Assembly: GCF_964355755.1 (NCBI RefSeq)
Contig: NC_092673.1
Coordinates: 1,178,001 to 1,242,000, forward strand
DNA from: Antedon mediterranea
Lineage: Eukaryota; Animalia; Echinodermata
Direction: 5' to 3'
Length of the DNA stretch: 64,000 nt
Shown here: piece after piece, positions 1-11,091 of the stretch
Position numbering within the stretch: position 1 is the first letter of the stretch
Layout: each line of letters opens with the position of its first letter
Made by a program: the position numbers and the translations under genes
The notes under the pieces: generated by a model
Databases searched by the model: none
Told to the model about the DNA's origin: nothing
Seen by the model: only the letters and a program-made list of their open reading frames with translations

Positions 1-931
1 AAAAATATTGAGTTTGATCGCAGCTTTGTAAAGTATGTGCTGCGTATTATTGCCTTGGTTACAATCAATTGCGAAGAAGCAATTTTTTTTATTAATCGAG
101 AAGATTTAAGTTAAATTATATTAAAATGACACCAGTGAAAAAGTGTTAATATATAAGAGTAATTAAATTAGGACAAAGATAGCTACCTTATATTGAACAT
201 TTTGTTATCAGCTCGTGTATTCATTGTTCGTGTATTTCATAAGGAAAATATTTTATATAAAAAGTTTGATTTTTGCATACTATTTTCGTTGAAATAATTG
301 AAAATGTAGAGAAAGACAAAGGGGCAAAAAGCTATTTTTCCAAACCAACCCTCCGAATATTTTTGCTTTGGTACGCTCTTTATAGTTTTACCCATAGATG
401 TATATAAATGTACAATTGACATTAGCTGTTGTAGGGAGTGTACTACATAGTGAAACGAGAAAGCAGAGTCTTTTTAAAACATTTTTTTTTTTTTCAGATT
501 AAGGGATATAAAACATTTAAGTGTACAATGTGAAAATCTGAACATTATGTCTAGAATCCACCGGTTTTTTTTTACATTTTTTCTACTGCCTCTATTATAT
601 CTACAACTCAGTTTTTACCTATGTTTGGTATATAAAGTGTAAATTTTAGTTATAAGAAAATTTAAAGTGTATAAAAGGGCCAAAATGTTAACAAATTTAT
701 ATATTCAGGTTCGCGTGGGTAATAACCAAATATGTTGTCATAGATATATAAGTTGATATATCTTCATACGCAGCATTTGTCCATTTTAACACATCTACTA
801 TTTTTACTATAAATATAAGTTTATTAGTGATAAGAAATTAAAAAGTTTTTAATATTTTACAAATAATATCTATCTGCTGAATTTTTTCAGGAGTTGATAT
901 AAGACACATTTTAGTATTTAAAATTGTGCAG

Positions 932-1028
932 TGTTAATCCATCAAGTTGTTAATCCATCAAGTTGTTAATCCATCAAGTTGTTAATCCATCAAGTTGTTA
1001 ATCCATATTGCTTTCCAAGTTGTTAATC
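932..1028. repeat. 16-bp tandem repeat (GTTAATCCATCAAGTT), about 5 copies plus a degenerate one
   Basis: Direct repetition visible at 932-1005, with a degenerate copy to 1028. Confidence 0.9.
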
Positions 1029-1854
1029 TAAGGTTTGATTTTCTACACATTTGGTACAAATGTTATTTAGTCATTATACTTCAGTAAGAGTTTGTTATTT
1101 GTGTCAAAGGTCAGGACAATCAGCATGCACTTTTTGTAATACACTTTTTATTCTACAAATCGTGTTTATTACATATCAAATGTGTTGAGTGAATCAAATT
1201 AATTTTATGAAAAAGAAATATTTTATTTATGAAAAAAAAAGATTATTTCATTGGTATTTGATTTATTTTAAAACATTGGTTTAAACAATTGCAAATTTGG
1301 ATCGGCCAATAATTGGATATGGATCTATTTGAGATTGCCTGGTATATGATAAATAGTCACCCTGTATGTTAATATCGTTTTGGTTGCTTTTGCAAATTTT
1401 GGTAATAAAATAAGTTTGTTCCAAGCATTAGTGTGTGTTGTTGTTTTTTGTGACATGCATTTTTTCGAAAATGACTCTTTTAGCTTTTTGGGCTATTTAG
1501 GGAATGATACACCTTGTGGTATATTCAGATATTCAAAATTTCAACTAGAAATATGAAATTTAAAAATCAAAATACAACTCAATTACAAGTGTGTGCTACT
1601 ATTGTCACCAAAGACTAACTCAACTACAAATGCCATGAAAGACTCACTCAATTGACATATTAACACCTATTATGTCATAGGAAACCCATTCAAGTGCACA
1701 ACAATGGTGTTAATTGCACAGCAAGCTGTGTAATGTTGTTGTTTTAAACATAAAATAATTTGGTACTGCCCTACGAATAATTGTCAAAAATTATTTTATT
1801 CAATACTCACTTAAACTTGTTTAGTTATTATTAGAGTATTAATTTTATTTCTGT

Positions 1855-2710
1855 GACATGCGCAGAACCCATTCGCATCTGCTCATGTTTATTATGCTAT
1901 AGTAACCATTTATGTCAAAACTGGTTACTATAGCACAATTGACATTGACATGTCAAAAAATAAAAGAGTCGAAAATCGGCCATTTTTTAAAATTTCCCTG
2001 TACTATAGTACAGGATTTTTTCGAAAAAATGGATAATTTTCGACCTTTTTATTTTTCGATAAAACTAGTTACTATAGCACAATTTACATGCGCAGAACCC
2101 ATTATTCGCATCTTTATTATGCTATAGTAACCATTTATGTCAAAACTGGTTACTATAACACAATTTACATGCGCAGAACCCAATATTCGTCTCTGTGCAT
2201 GTTTATTATGCAATAGTAACCATTTATGTCAAAAAATAAAAGGGTCGAAAATCGGCCATTTTTCGAAAATTTTCTGTACTATAGTACAGGGATTTTTTCG
2301 AAAAGTGGCCAAAATATCCACTTTTTTTAATTCAATAATTATGCGATAATATTGCTATAAATGCCGATATATTGCGTCATCATCATCTTATAGAGCCATA
2401 GTAACTAGTTATGTCAACAAATATAAAGGTCGTTATTATATCGTAAATTGGCATGTGTAGACGCACATACTATAGTAAATTTTTTTTAAGGGGCAAATTT
2501 CAACCCTTTTATTTTTAAAAATAACTAATTACTATATTATATAGTGTACTCTGCGCATGTAACCTTACTACATGTGTTTTAACAGTTCATATTTTGACAA
2601 TTTTTTGGTAAATGATGATTCTTTTATTTTTAAATAACTGGTTACTATATCATAATATGACATGCGTACAATCACATTATTTGGTCTGCGCATATAAGCG
2701 CACTACATGC
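1855..2710. repeat. Array of nested/alternating palindromes (foldback-like repeat)
   Basis: Perfect CCTGTACTATAGTACAGG at 1997-2014 and CTGTACTATAGTACAG at 2274-2289, with imperfect arms of about 60-75 bp. Repeated TGCTATAGTAACCA...TGGTTACTATAGCA hairpins and CATGCGCAGA...TCTG(C/T)GCATG hairpins; copies decay towards 2710. Confidence 0.85.
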
Positions 2711-2975
2711 CACCCGAATACATTTTAAACAGTTAAGTTTTAGGTAGTTCTGTACCAACTAAATTAAATATTAAATATAAAAAAATGGCGTAACGTCCCA
2801 TATAAATTAACAATTGCGGTATGGTTACTTCAGAAGTAAACTAAATTACACTATAATATTAACACAAATATAAACAAATGACTTAAGTAATATGTAAATT
2901 TAAGAATCGCGTTACGGTTACTGTAGCCTAAATTAACACTATAATATTTTATCAAATGGCGTAACGTTCAATCTA

Positions 2976-3283
2976 ATTTTATTTATTTATTTTTGGCATT
3001 TTGGCAATGTGGCCAAGGATTACCAATAGTGAATTAATCACTGTCCTATCAGATAGGTGGTAATCCCCCTGATACAGATGCTATTTTGTAAACCAGTTCC
3101 CCGGGGTAACCCCCTACTCTTCTCGAATGATGAACTGGGTTCAAGTGCGCACAGGTTATAACTGTGTACACTGGACCTACGGTTTATAGTCCTTATCCGA
3201 GAAGACTTGTTCCACCAGCAGAACTAGGAGCGAGTCGGCCTCGAACCCATCCTGTCTTAACCGCTCGGTTAAGGCAGGGCGCT
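2976..3283 (-). mobile_element. tRNA-derived SINE with Deu/Nin-type core domain
   Basis: Minus strand begins with Pol III A-box-like CCGAGCGGTTAAG and B-box GGTTCGAGGCC. The core TCTTCTCGGATAAGGACTATAAACCGTAGGTCC...GAGAAGAGTAGGGGGTTACCCCGG resembles the DeuSINE/AmnSINE central domain. A (TAAA)n tail lies at 2976-2994. A second copy is at about 55826-55980. Confidence 0.75.
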
Positions 3284-4985
3284 ATGACATTTTATGATAC
3301 TTTACAAGTAAACAAAATAAACAAAACTATACAATATTTGCAGGAGAAAAGCATGGCTTATAATAACTCCTACCTATAGCACAACACGTGCACTAAAATA
3401 CAAATCTATATATAAATTATGGTTAATTCTGACATAGGCGAGCACAATGCAAAAACTTCGGTACAAATCTCCGCCTTATCTATCTCAGATGTACCGCGAA
3501 ACGTAGATTTGATAACATTAGTTTTCACATCGACGCTATTGTTCCATATTTCTATCTTAGGAAGATATTATAAAGGGTTTTATAAGAAATTTTCTGATTT
3601 CAATCAGTAAATTTTAACTCTGCGCGCGGTAGAAGTAATTTCCGGGTTCACGGTAAGGTGTTGGTTTCAACTAAGTTGGCCGTTGGTGCTTGGTGGCGAT
3701 AGCCATTTTGTTTTTTTGGTTTTTTTTCGAACCGCGCGTGTGAAGGTATATAGTAGTACATAAACCCCGATAGCCGAGTTGTCGAGTAATCTGCCAAGAC
3801 TTTATGTATACTGTGCGCTATCTGTGTCCCGTCAGGACCCTGGGATACTTCTGCCCATGTTGCAAGCTGTCTAAAACGTCTTTCTTCTTAGGCCATGCAC
3901 TGTATCGCGGAATTATGTATTAATCATACCAATTAGAATGGTATTTATTTGAATAAGCGCCCGGAACACCTCCCCAATAAAACATCAATTAAAATAAATA
4001 CCTCGCTACTCAACCCCACCCCAAATAATCTAATAAACGCCCATCCACAATATTATATTTATAACACAATTATACAATTTTTAGTAGATTTCTTCGGACT
4101 GTTATCTACAATTTACCAAGCATTTGTTATTCTTTTTTACCACTGTTCATATCTACAATAAACACTATACGTCTTAAACGCTATTAATCATCTAAGACAC
4201 TTAGGTTAGTGAGTAAGTTTAATTTTACGAATATCAAAAGCATTTAAATAATGGTAACCGACCGAAATTGTCCAGGCCAGAATGTCCTTCTAAAACTGTT
4301 TATTATCATTCCGAGAACCATCGTCTACACTTCCTAGAGGGGGAGCGAGCGAAGCGAATATAGAGATATAATATCTCTATGTTATAAGTAAACTATTAAA
4401 ATTAATAATATTGCAAGAGGAAAACATGGCTATATCTGAAAGACACTACTTGCATAGTACTTCATAAAGTACTTTATTACAAAATATAGAGATATATAAA
4501 ATATGTCATAAGTAAACTATAATTAAATACAATTACCAGGGGGAAACATGGCTATATCTGAAAGACACTACTTGCATATAGTACTTTTTAAGTATATACA
4601 ATTAACACTATTAGGCCTATTTACAGTAGGAAATGGCGTCATGTTCCATTAACTATACATAAATCGTATTTACAACAACGAGTCTACTCTGGCTTATACA
4701 TTATACAAATTGAAGTCAATAACATTAGGTCTGTTGAATGCCGTATTATATATAAGCATGTTATAAGTCAATAACATTAGGTCTGTTGAATGCCGTATTA
4801 TATATAAGCATTGTACCATTTCCCTTGTTGTTAGTACAGGCATTGTACTTGTTCCGTTTATCTATACAATGGCTGCATTTTTTGTGTTTCCGCAAAAAAA
4901 AAAACTGTATGGCAATATAAGCTGTATATTTTTTGTACGTTTACTCATACCATAGAAAAAAACTATGACACAGTACGACGATATG

Positions 4986-5082
4986 AAGTTGATGATGATG
5001 ATGATGATGACGACAATGGTGATGACGATGATGGCGACAACGATGATAATGATTATGACAATGATGATTATGATGATGACAA
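4986..5082. repeat. Degenerate (GAT/GAC)n microsatellite overlapping the 3' end of the 5068-6096 ORF
   Basis: Run of GATGAT/GACGAC triplets; explains the poly-I and poly-H spurious ORFs. Confidence 0.9.
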
Positions 5083-6096
5083 TGCGTCGCAATCGAAACG
5101 GTTAACCACTTGTTGAAACCAACTTGCAAAGGCGGCAGACGAGACCAGATTGAGTGATTCATCCAGATAGCGGCACGCCATCACATTGTGCAGAGTGTTC
5201 AAGGGTACGTTCACTCTACGCGAATCCTCAGACGTTGGTAACTTAGCATTTTTAAACATTTCTTCCACCCTGGTGTTCACAAATGATTTCATAGGCGTCA
5301 ACATACTCAGATGGCTCTGATTTAATGGCAAAAACATTATGTCAATGTTCTGTTCCTTTAACACGCTGTATTGTATCGACGTTCTAAGCCAATTTTCCAT
5401 AATAAAATACGTCTTTTTATTTGATATCTTTGCACCTACAGCCGACAAAAAGTTAACGTAATCAGACTTGCACAATTCACCGTATTGTATTTTGTGCAAG
5501 ACAAGTCCCGTAGTAGAAGACGCTGCCACCAGCATGTGGATCATATCTGAACTTGCTACTTTGCCAGTAGATACGGATGCATAGGAAAACAAACAATCCG
5601 TAATGTACACGCAATGTTCTTTAACGCCATGGTTTTTAAACCATTTGGAGTAAAATTGAATATGTTTACGTTCTTCACTTTGTTTGGCCTTTGACACCGG
5701 GTTGTGTAAGACCAGGGCGCGTTCCAAATCATTTTTATCCAATTTGGATTGAACTTCCTTCGTGAATATTTCCGTTTCCAAGAGAAACAACTCCATGTCG
5801 GCAAGAATATTATCATTGTAGTCTTCATAGGCTTTGCATTGATCAAGATACGTCATAAATTGCCGTTGTTCAAAATGAGATGAGCGCTGTTTCTTTGGAC
5901 TGACGCCGTAACCAGAAAGATGTGTTGTGTCGTCGTCTTCTAACGAGTTTCTCTTTCTATGTAAAGGTGCCACTGTGTCGTTGAATTCCATGATTGCATC
6001 CGGGTGAGTCGTCTCTGTCGTGCATTCCAGTGAGCATGTACATACTGCTGGTTGGTTCACTGACAAATCCAGCGGTGCTTCGTCGTAGCAACTCAT
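5068..6096 (-). CDS. Tc1/IS630-family DDE_3 transposase-derived protein, catalytic triad apparently substituted; N-terminal PLDLS motif
   Basis: Intact 342-codon ORF from ATG 6096, with an upstream acceptor-like TATTTTACAG at 6112-6121. The segments CVYITDCLF / MLVAASSTTGLV..IQYG...DYVNFL / YFIMENW / IMFLPLNQSHLSMLT follow the order and spacing of the DDE_3 consensus vfiDE / vigAis..Gvv / ivmDNa / llfLPpYSPdLNPIE. Confidence 0.65.
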   Translation of the reverse strand: MSCYDEAPLDLSVNQPAVCTCSLECTTETTHPDAIMEFNDTVAPLHRKRNSLEDDDTTHLSGYGVSPKKQRSSHFEQRQFMTYLDQCKAYEDYNDNILADMELFLLETEIFTKEVQSKLDKNDLERALVLHNPVSKAKQSEERKHIQFYSKWFKNHGVKEHCVYITDCLFSYASVSTGKVASSDMIHMLVAASSTTGLVLHKIQYGELCKSDYVNFLSAVGAKISNKKTYFIMENWLRTSIQYSVLKEQNIDIMFLPLNQSHLSMLTPMKSFVNTRVEEMFKNAKLPTSEDSRRVNVPLNTLHNVMACRYLDESLNLVSSAAFASWFQQVVNRFDCDALSSS

Positions 6097-6129
6097 CACA
6101 AGTCAGCGCTACTGTAAAATATTTGTATC

Positions 6130-6435
6130 CTAAACACTTGTTTTTAAGGCTAAAGTATCTATAACTCGTAAGAAACCCTCTTGGTTAAAAGAATTACGAC
6201 ATAATATGGTCCAGCACCGATAATAATGTCTGATGAATAGGACACGGAACCGCAAAATATTGTAGACTGCAGGACACACAACATTACAATTCAGAATTAC
6301 ATTGTTGAACTTTTTTCTTAACAACAATGCTTCACGGTTGATCTGATGTTCTTGAATATCAATTGAATGAATCGTGATTGATAATGCGTCTCGAAAATAT
6401 CGGCATTCTTTTGTATTATTACAGAATGAACGCAT
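6130..6435 (-). CDS. Hypothetical ~100-aa Cys-containing orphan ORF immediately upstream of the transposase-derived ORF
   Basis: Open frame from ATG 6435 (MRSFCNN...) to TAG 6130-6132, with a TATA-like TTTAAATATAG on the minus strand at about 6508-6518. No recognisable family. Confidence 0.3.
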   Translation of the reverse strand: MRSFCNNTKECRYFRDALSITIHSIDIQEHQINREALLLRKKFNNVILNCNVVCPAVYNILRFRVLFIRHYYRCWTILCRNSFNQEGFLRVIDTLALKTSV

Positions 6436-6712
6436 TGGTGTGTTGTTCACAATGTTTAGGTGGCTTTTATTCTAGGGGAGCTTATTTTGTTGGTACAAAA
6501 TGATACCCTATATTTAAACGCCTCTACTTTGACTAATGCAATTAATATCAAGAAGTAACACTATGTAAACAGATGGTTTAAAAAATAAATAAATAAAAAT
6601 AATGTTAATTTAATATAATTAATATTAAGCCATGCCGAATCGCTGAATGTACGACTTTTGATTCCGATTGCATTTCCATACCTTCATTATCATGGAGCTG
6701 AAATTCACTCAA

Positions 6713-6866
6713 GGGTCTTTCACACCTGTTCCGGTCCAACGCCGGCAAATCAAATGGAACGTGAATGATATGCGCTGTGCATTGCCGCGTAAAAAAACGA
6801 AAATTGACGTTCGATTTGATTTGCCAGCACTAGTTGGCACTAGACCGGAACAGGTGTGAAAGACAC
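6713..6866. mobile_element. Small MITE (TIR GGGTCTTTCACACCTGTTCCGGTC / GACCGGAACAGGTGTGAAAGACAC)
   Basis: About 24-bp terminal inverted repeats plus internal inverted GCAAATCAAAT/ATTTGATTTGC. TSD not evident. Confidence 0.75.
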
Positions 6867-7847
6867 GGACAGAGAGAGCCGCCAAGGCGCTTCATGATTT
6901 ATCTAAAAAAAGGGGGGTATCTGATTACCGGGTTCTTCATTAGGCCTATAGTCTATTTATGTAGCTGTTGTGGAGAAGACGATTATGTGAAAGAACCAGG
7001 CGGCAATTGGTCACCAAATCAGTCATGTACTCCTACCAAGATAACCATACCTGTGTGTGTTCGGTGTTCTAAAAAAAAAATAAACAGTAAATATATTACA
7101 GTTATACTTGCACTGATTACGGGCTAGTGTTGCCCGAAAGCTCTGCTAACTTTTCTGACTGTTTTACTTATCGTTTTGATTTAGCTTTTCGCTTCTTTTT
7201 TTGTGTATCTCCATTGAGATCCACAGCATTGTCATTTTTTCAGTTATTTGCCTTTGGATTTATATATATATACTGAAACACAAATTGAAACTACACGCAT
7301 TATAAATGTATTCCGATGCTTCCACTCGTCCTGAAGATTATCAAATAGTAGTGAATATAGAGGACGCTGTCACGAATTCGATGTCTCTGTAGTTTGCATA
7401 GTATTTGTACTATTTTGCTAATATCACCCCTCTCGAATATTAGTGTATTTACACATTTTGTTGGGCTAGGACATGGGCTCATGGTACGACGTTCTTTCGT
7501 AACAAATATTGATTGATCTTTTGATCATGATGTCGTATTTTATCTTTCAATAATTTATTTTCACCTCCCTGTTATAGATCTAATTGTTTTGCATCCATCG
7601 AAATATTAGCAGAAGTGTGAAACTGATTTCTTTTTTTTTATGCAAAAGAAAAAATAAACAAATACAAGAAAAAAGCCATCAATAGTTTTAGGACAAAAAT
7701 CATGAAATTATAATCAAAACCATTTCAATGGCAAAACCGACCATCAATAAAATTGAACTAAATTATACAAACGAGGACGATACAATTAAATTCACAATTA
7801 AATTATAAACAACAATAAAGACATTCATTTTCTCTATTTCGGATAGT

Positions 7848-8042
7848 ATACATCCAGGGAGTTGGTACATCCAGGGAGTTGGTACATCCAGGGAGTTGGT
7901 ACATCCAGGGAGTTGGTACATCCAGGGAGTTGGTACATCCAGGGAGTTGGTACATCCAGGGAGTTGGTACATCCAGGGAGTTGGTACATCCAGGGAGTTG
8001 GTACATCCAGGGAGTTGGTACATCCAGGGAGTTGGTACATCC
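7848..8042. repeat. 17-bp minisatellite (TACATCCAGGGAGTTGG) x ~11.5
   Basis: Perfect tandem copies; produces the six repetitive ORFs at 7763-8212. Confidence 0.97.
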
Positions 8043-8866
8043 ATATACAAAACAAAGAGAAAAAAGGAGAAAATAACAATAAATATTATAATACAATGAT
8101 TGTTGTTTATCATTATATACATATTTCGTTAAGATATTATGTAAATATGACCATTGTCATACTTGGGTTAATAGGGAAAGAGTGGAAACTTTCCCTGGTT
8201 AAAATGACCTAGGCTCGACATACTGATACGATACGGGACGGGCCAGATTGCTAATTGTGCAACTTGTTTTTGTCTTTCTTTCTTCCGGACATGCAATTGT
8301 TTCTCTTTCTGCATTGTTTTTTAAGTAGGCCTACAGAACATCTAGCCTACGTGATTGAACATTGCTTTTGTAGTATTTCTCCTTCACAGACGTACACACG
8401 TCGAGTTCATTGTTATACACCTATTGAATTTGAGTTTGCTGTGTTCTTATCCATTTTATATATGACGTCATCTAAAGTGAAGCACACAATAACTCTAATG
8501 TCCAATCAAAATTGACAACGCACTTATAAGTTTTTTGTCGGTGTTGCAGAAATCACATTACATTTTATGACTTAGTGCATGCAGTGTTTAAAAGATAGCA
8601 AAACTCATCGCTGTTCGATTTTGATGAATAGGCCTAGAAGCACCTAACACACGACGAATACACCACAAATTTGCTATCGATCAATAGTTGCAAGGACTTC
8701 TTTTGTATGAGACGTAAAATCTTCTTAAGATTAACCCGGGTGGTTAAGAAAGCGAACAATAGACGGACTAATTATTTTGTTTGTTCGTTAACAAATATAT
8801 CATCGGTGTAAATTCTAGCGAATATTTTGCACTCAGGGAGAGATAGACCAGACGAACTAGTACGTT

Positions 8867-9709
8867 ATGCGAGACATCATGTACCACCAGCCTAACTCTC
8901 CTCGGATGATAACCGAAGTCAGAGACAATGATGTTTTTGCAATTTTATCGCCTAAAATTATTCGCAGACAACGTTCGATGACTAATCCTACTAACTTAGA
9001 AACAAGTACAAGTGTTCCAAATTTTCCACCGATTACGAGAACAAAAAGTGGAGTTAATGATGGCCTTCGACGAAGCATGGACGATGTAGTGGGGCAGCAG
9101 CATCAGACTAGTGAAGATTCTATTAGAAATGTATACCTTCCGCACAAACCAAAACCACCTAGGCCAGGAACGCCGACGTTTAACTCACCCTTCTTCAGAC
9201 GTAAGGCACTTGCTATTAATCCACTAGAGAAAAGAGTGCTTTCAGAACCAGCCATAGGAATTTTAAGCAATAATGAGCAAAGGAACGGCCATGTTGGAAC
9301 TAGAATAGGCTTACAAAGCCCACGTCTGCCGAGCAGGACCGGCTCACGGAACTCACAGTTATCAAGGGCTAAACTTCGAACGAGTATGAGTTCGTCTGTA
9401 TACGAATCTATATCAAATATTTCCACTTCTGAAGAAATAGGTCTTTCGACAGAACTCATTGCAGCAGCAGGTAAACAAGGACCAAATGATATTTCTAACA
9501 GACATTACAACAGACAACAATTTTGTACAAACAGATTTGACCAAGACGATCATCAGGCGCACTTCTCTGAATTAAGCCACGATCGTATTTTTGAATCTGA
9601 TGAATTAATGATGGACAAAATAACTGATTTGCCAACTAAGGATCTTGTAGATAAATGTCAAAAATGGTTGGAAGGTGTTGAACATGCGCGAGATGATGTG
9701 CAGTGCTAG
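8867..9709 (+). CDS. Single-coding-exon disordered Ser/Pro/Arg-rich protein with PRR18-like C-terminal motif
   Basis: 280-aa ORF in AT-rich DNA, upstream acceptor (TTTTGCACTCAG, ending 8836) and AATAAA at about 9763. The C-terminal DLVDKCQKWLEGVE resembles the LVxKCxEWLxGVE motif recalled from vertebrate PRR18. Confidence 0.7.
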   Translation: MRDIMYHQPNSPRMITEVRDNDVFAILSPKIIRRQRSMTNPTNLETSTSVPNFPPITRTKSGVNDGLRRSMDDVVGQQHQTSEDSIRNVYLPHKPKPPRPGTPTFNSPFFRRKALAINPLEKRVLSEPAIGILSNNEQRNGHVGTRIGLQSPRLPSRTGSRNSQLSRAKLRTSMSSSVYESISNISTSEEIGLSTELIAAAGKQGPNDISNRHYNRQQFCTNRFDQDDHQAHFSELSHDRIFESDELMMDKITDLPTKDLVDKCQKWLEGVEHARDDVQC

Positions 9710-10925
9710 ATAATATTTTCGTACAAACTACCAATGGATATAATATTGTTATGATTAATTGGAATAAACTTGATGACTGCATTCATAGACCTTAAACGCA
9801 CAAAATAACTTAAATCTCTGAAAATTACTGAAGTTTTGTATGCCAATGAGTTGAATTTGTATTAAACAAACAGAGTACAGAGATGTGCTAATATTGTATT
9901 TTATTAATGGTATTTGTTTTTACTATGCTGTAGGCATATGCCTACATACGGCTTAAAAGATTTAATTTTGTTTTCACTTATTTCTCCATACCAAAACAAA
10001 AAGAAAGTACAAATGAAATTTAATGAAAATAAGAGGAAACTGGCAAGAAAGCTATAGGCTATACAACTTCGAATTGGCTTTACTAAAGTAATTGAATGGG
10101 CTGACGAGTAGGCTTAATTTTGAGGTAATCTTTTTCTCCCCTTAACAATCCCTGGAACAACGTTAAATTAGGCTTATGCTCTAAAAAAAGAATCGGACTG
10201 GATAACTAAAGAGGACAAAGTTTAGCTGATAGTTTGTCAAACATTGGATATTGTACATTTTTAATATTTTCAAACGATCTGTACAAAATCGGTTTTGATT
10301 CTAAATGGCTTGGCGTTATATCAGGCCATTTTTGGTGAAATATCACAATCAACATTCAAAAAAATTAGATTGTTATGGTCTTTGAATTGCTGGAACCGGG
10401 TAGGCCCAGACGAATGTAAACTAACCACTGTCAACAATGCTGCTCAGTGGCGGATCCAGGATTTGAAAATTAGGGAAATGGTAACTAATCTTATGTCCCA
10501 TTTTTTTGCATTATAATTTCAAAATGTGGATCCGCTTATGATGTTTACATTTAGGCCTAATGTTTGAATCCGGCTTGTGACAATGCAAGCACAACTTTAT
10601 TGACCAAACAGCAATTCTGCTGATGCTAATCTGTTTACGTTCAATAAACCGAGTGGTTATTGCTAAAGTTTACATAACACGCAGGACCTAGGAAAAAGAG
10701 TAAATGTTTGACGACGACAAAATCATATTTACAATGTAACAGAGGTTCTTTCATAGGATAATACAGTATATCATGGACCTTACAGACATTCAATCATAAA
10801 TATGCCTTATAGGCCATACGCCAACATGTCTGTACAAAATCAACCATTATAATATAGTTTGAACATAAAATAAAATGAAACCAGGTTTTTTTTATATAGA
10901 ATACGGTAATAACAATCTCTCTAAA

Positions 10926-11091
10926 AGCTCTGTCTACATTATCAAACTTTATGTGACAAAAATGTGATGTGCCTATATATGGGAACGATGATGTCATATC
11001 ACTACCATTTGGGTATATCACTACCATACAGTATCTGGGCACATCACACATTTTTTTTATATAAAAATAGTTCGACAGTTTAGACAGAGCT
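10926..11091. mobile_element. PIF/Harbinger(Tourist)-like MITE family A (TIR AGCTCTGTCTACACTATCAAACT)
   Basis: TIRs at both ends; internal ATGATGTCATATCACTACCATATTTGGGCA. Family has about 15 copies in the window, several with TAA on both flanks. Confidence 0.85.

Noticed and set aside
1553-1735. Repeated CHQRLTQL / CHERLTQL / CHRKPIQV peptide
   Set aside because: Copies lie in different frames with stops; better explained as a degenerate ~28-bp DNA repeat.
4862-5162. Poly-His and poly-Ile ORFs
   Set aside because: Translations of the (GAT)n microsatellite.
7763-8212. Six overlapping repetitive ORFs (DVPTPWMYQLPGCTNSL...)
   Set aside because: Artefact of a stop-free 17-bp minisatellite read in all frames.
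8857-9459. Antisense ORFs overlapping the real genes (also 17751-18560, 26485-26724, 34819-35094, 47895-48164)
   Set aside because: Shadow frames of coding exons on the opposite strand, with no independent evidence.
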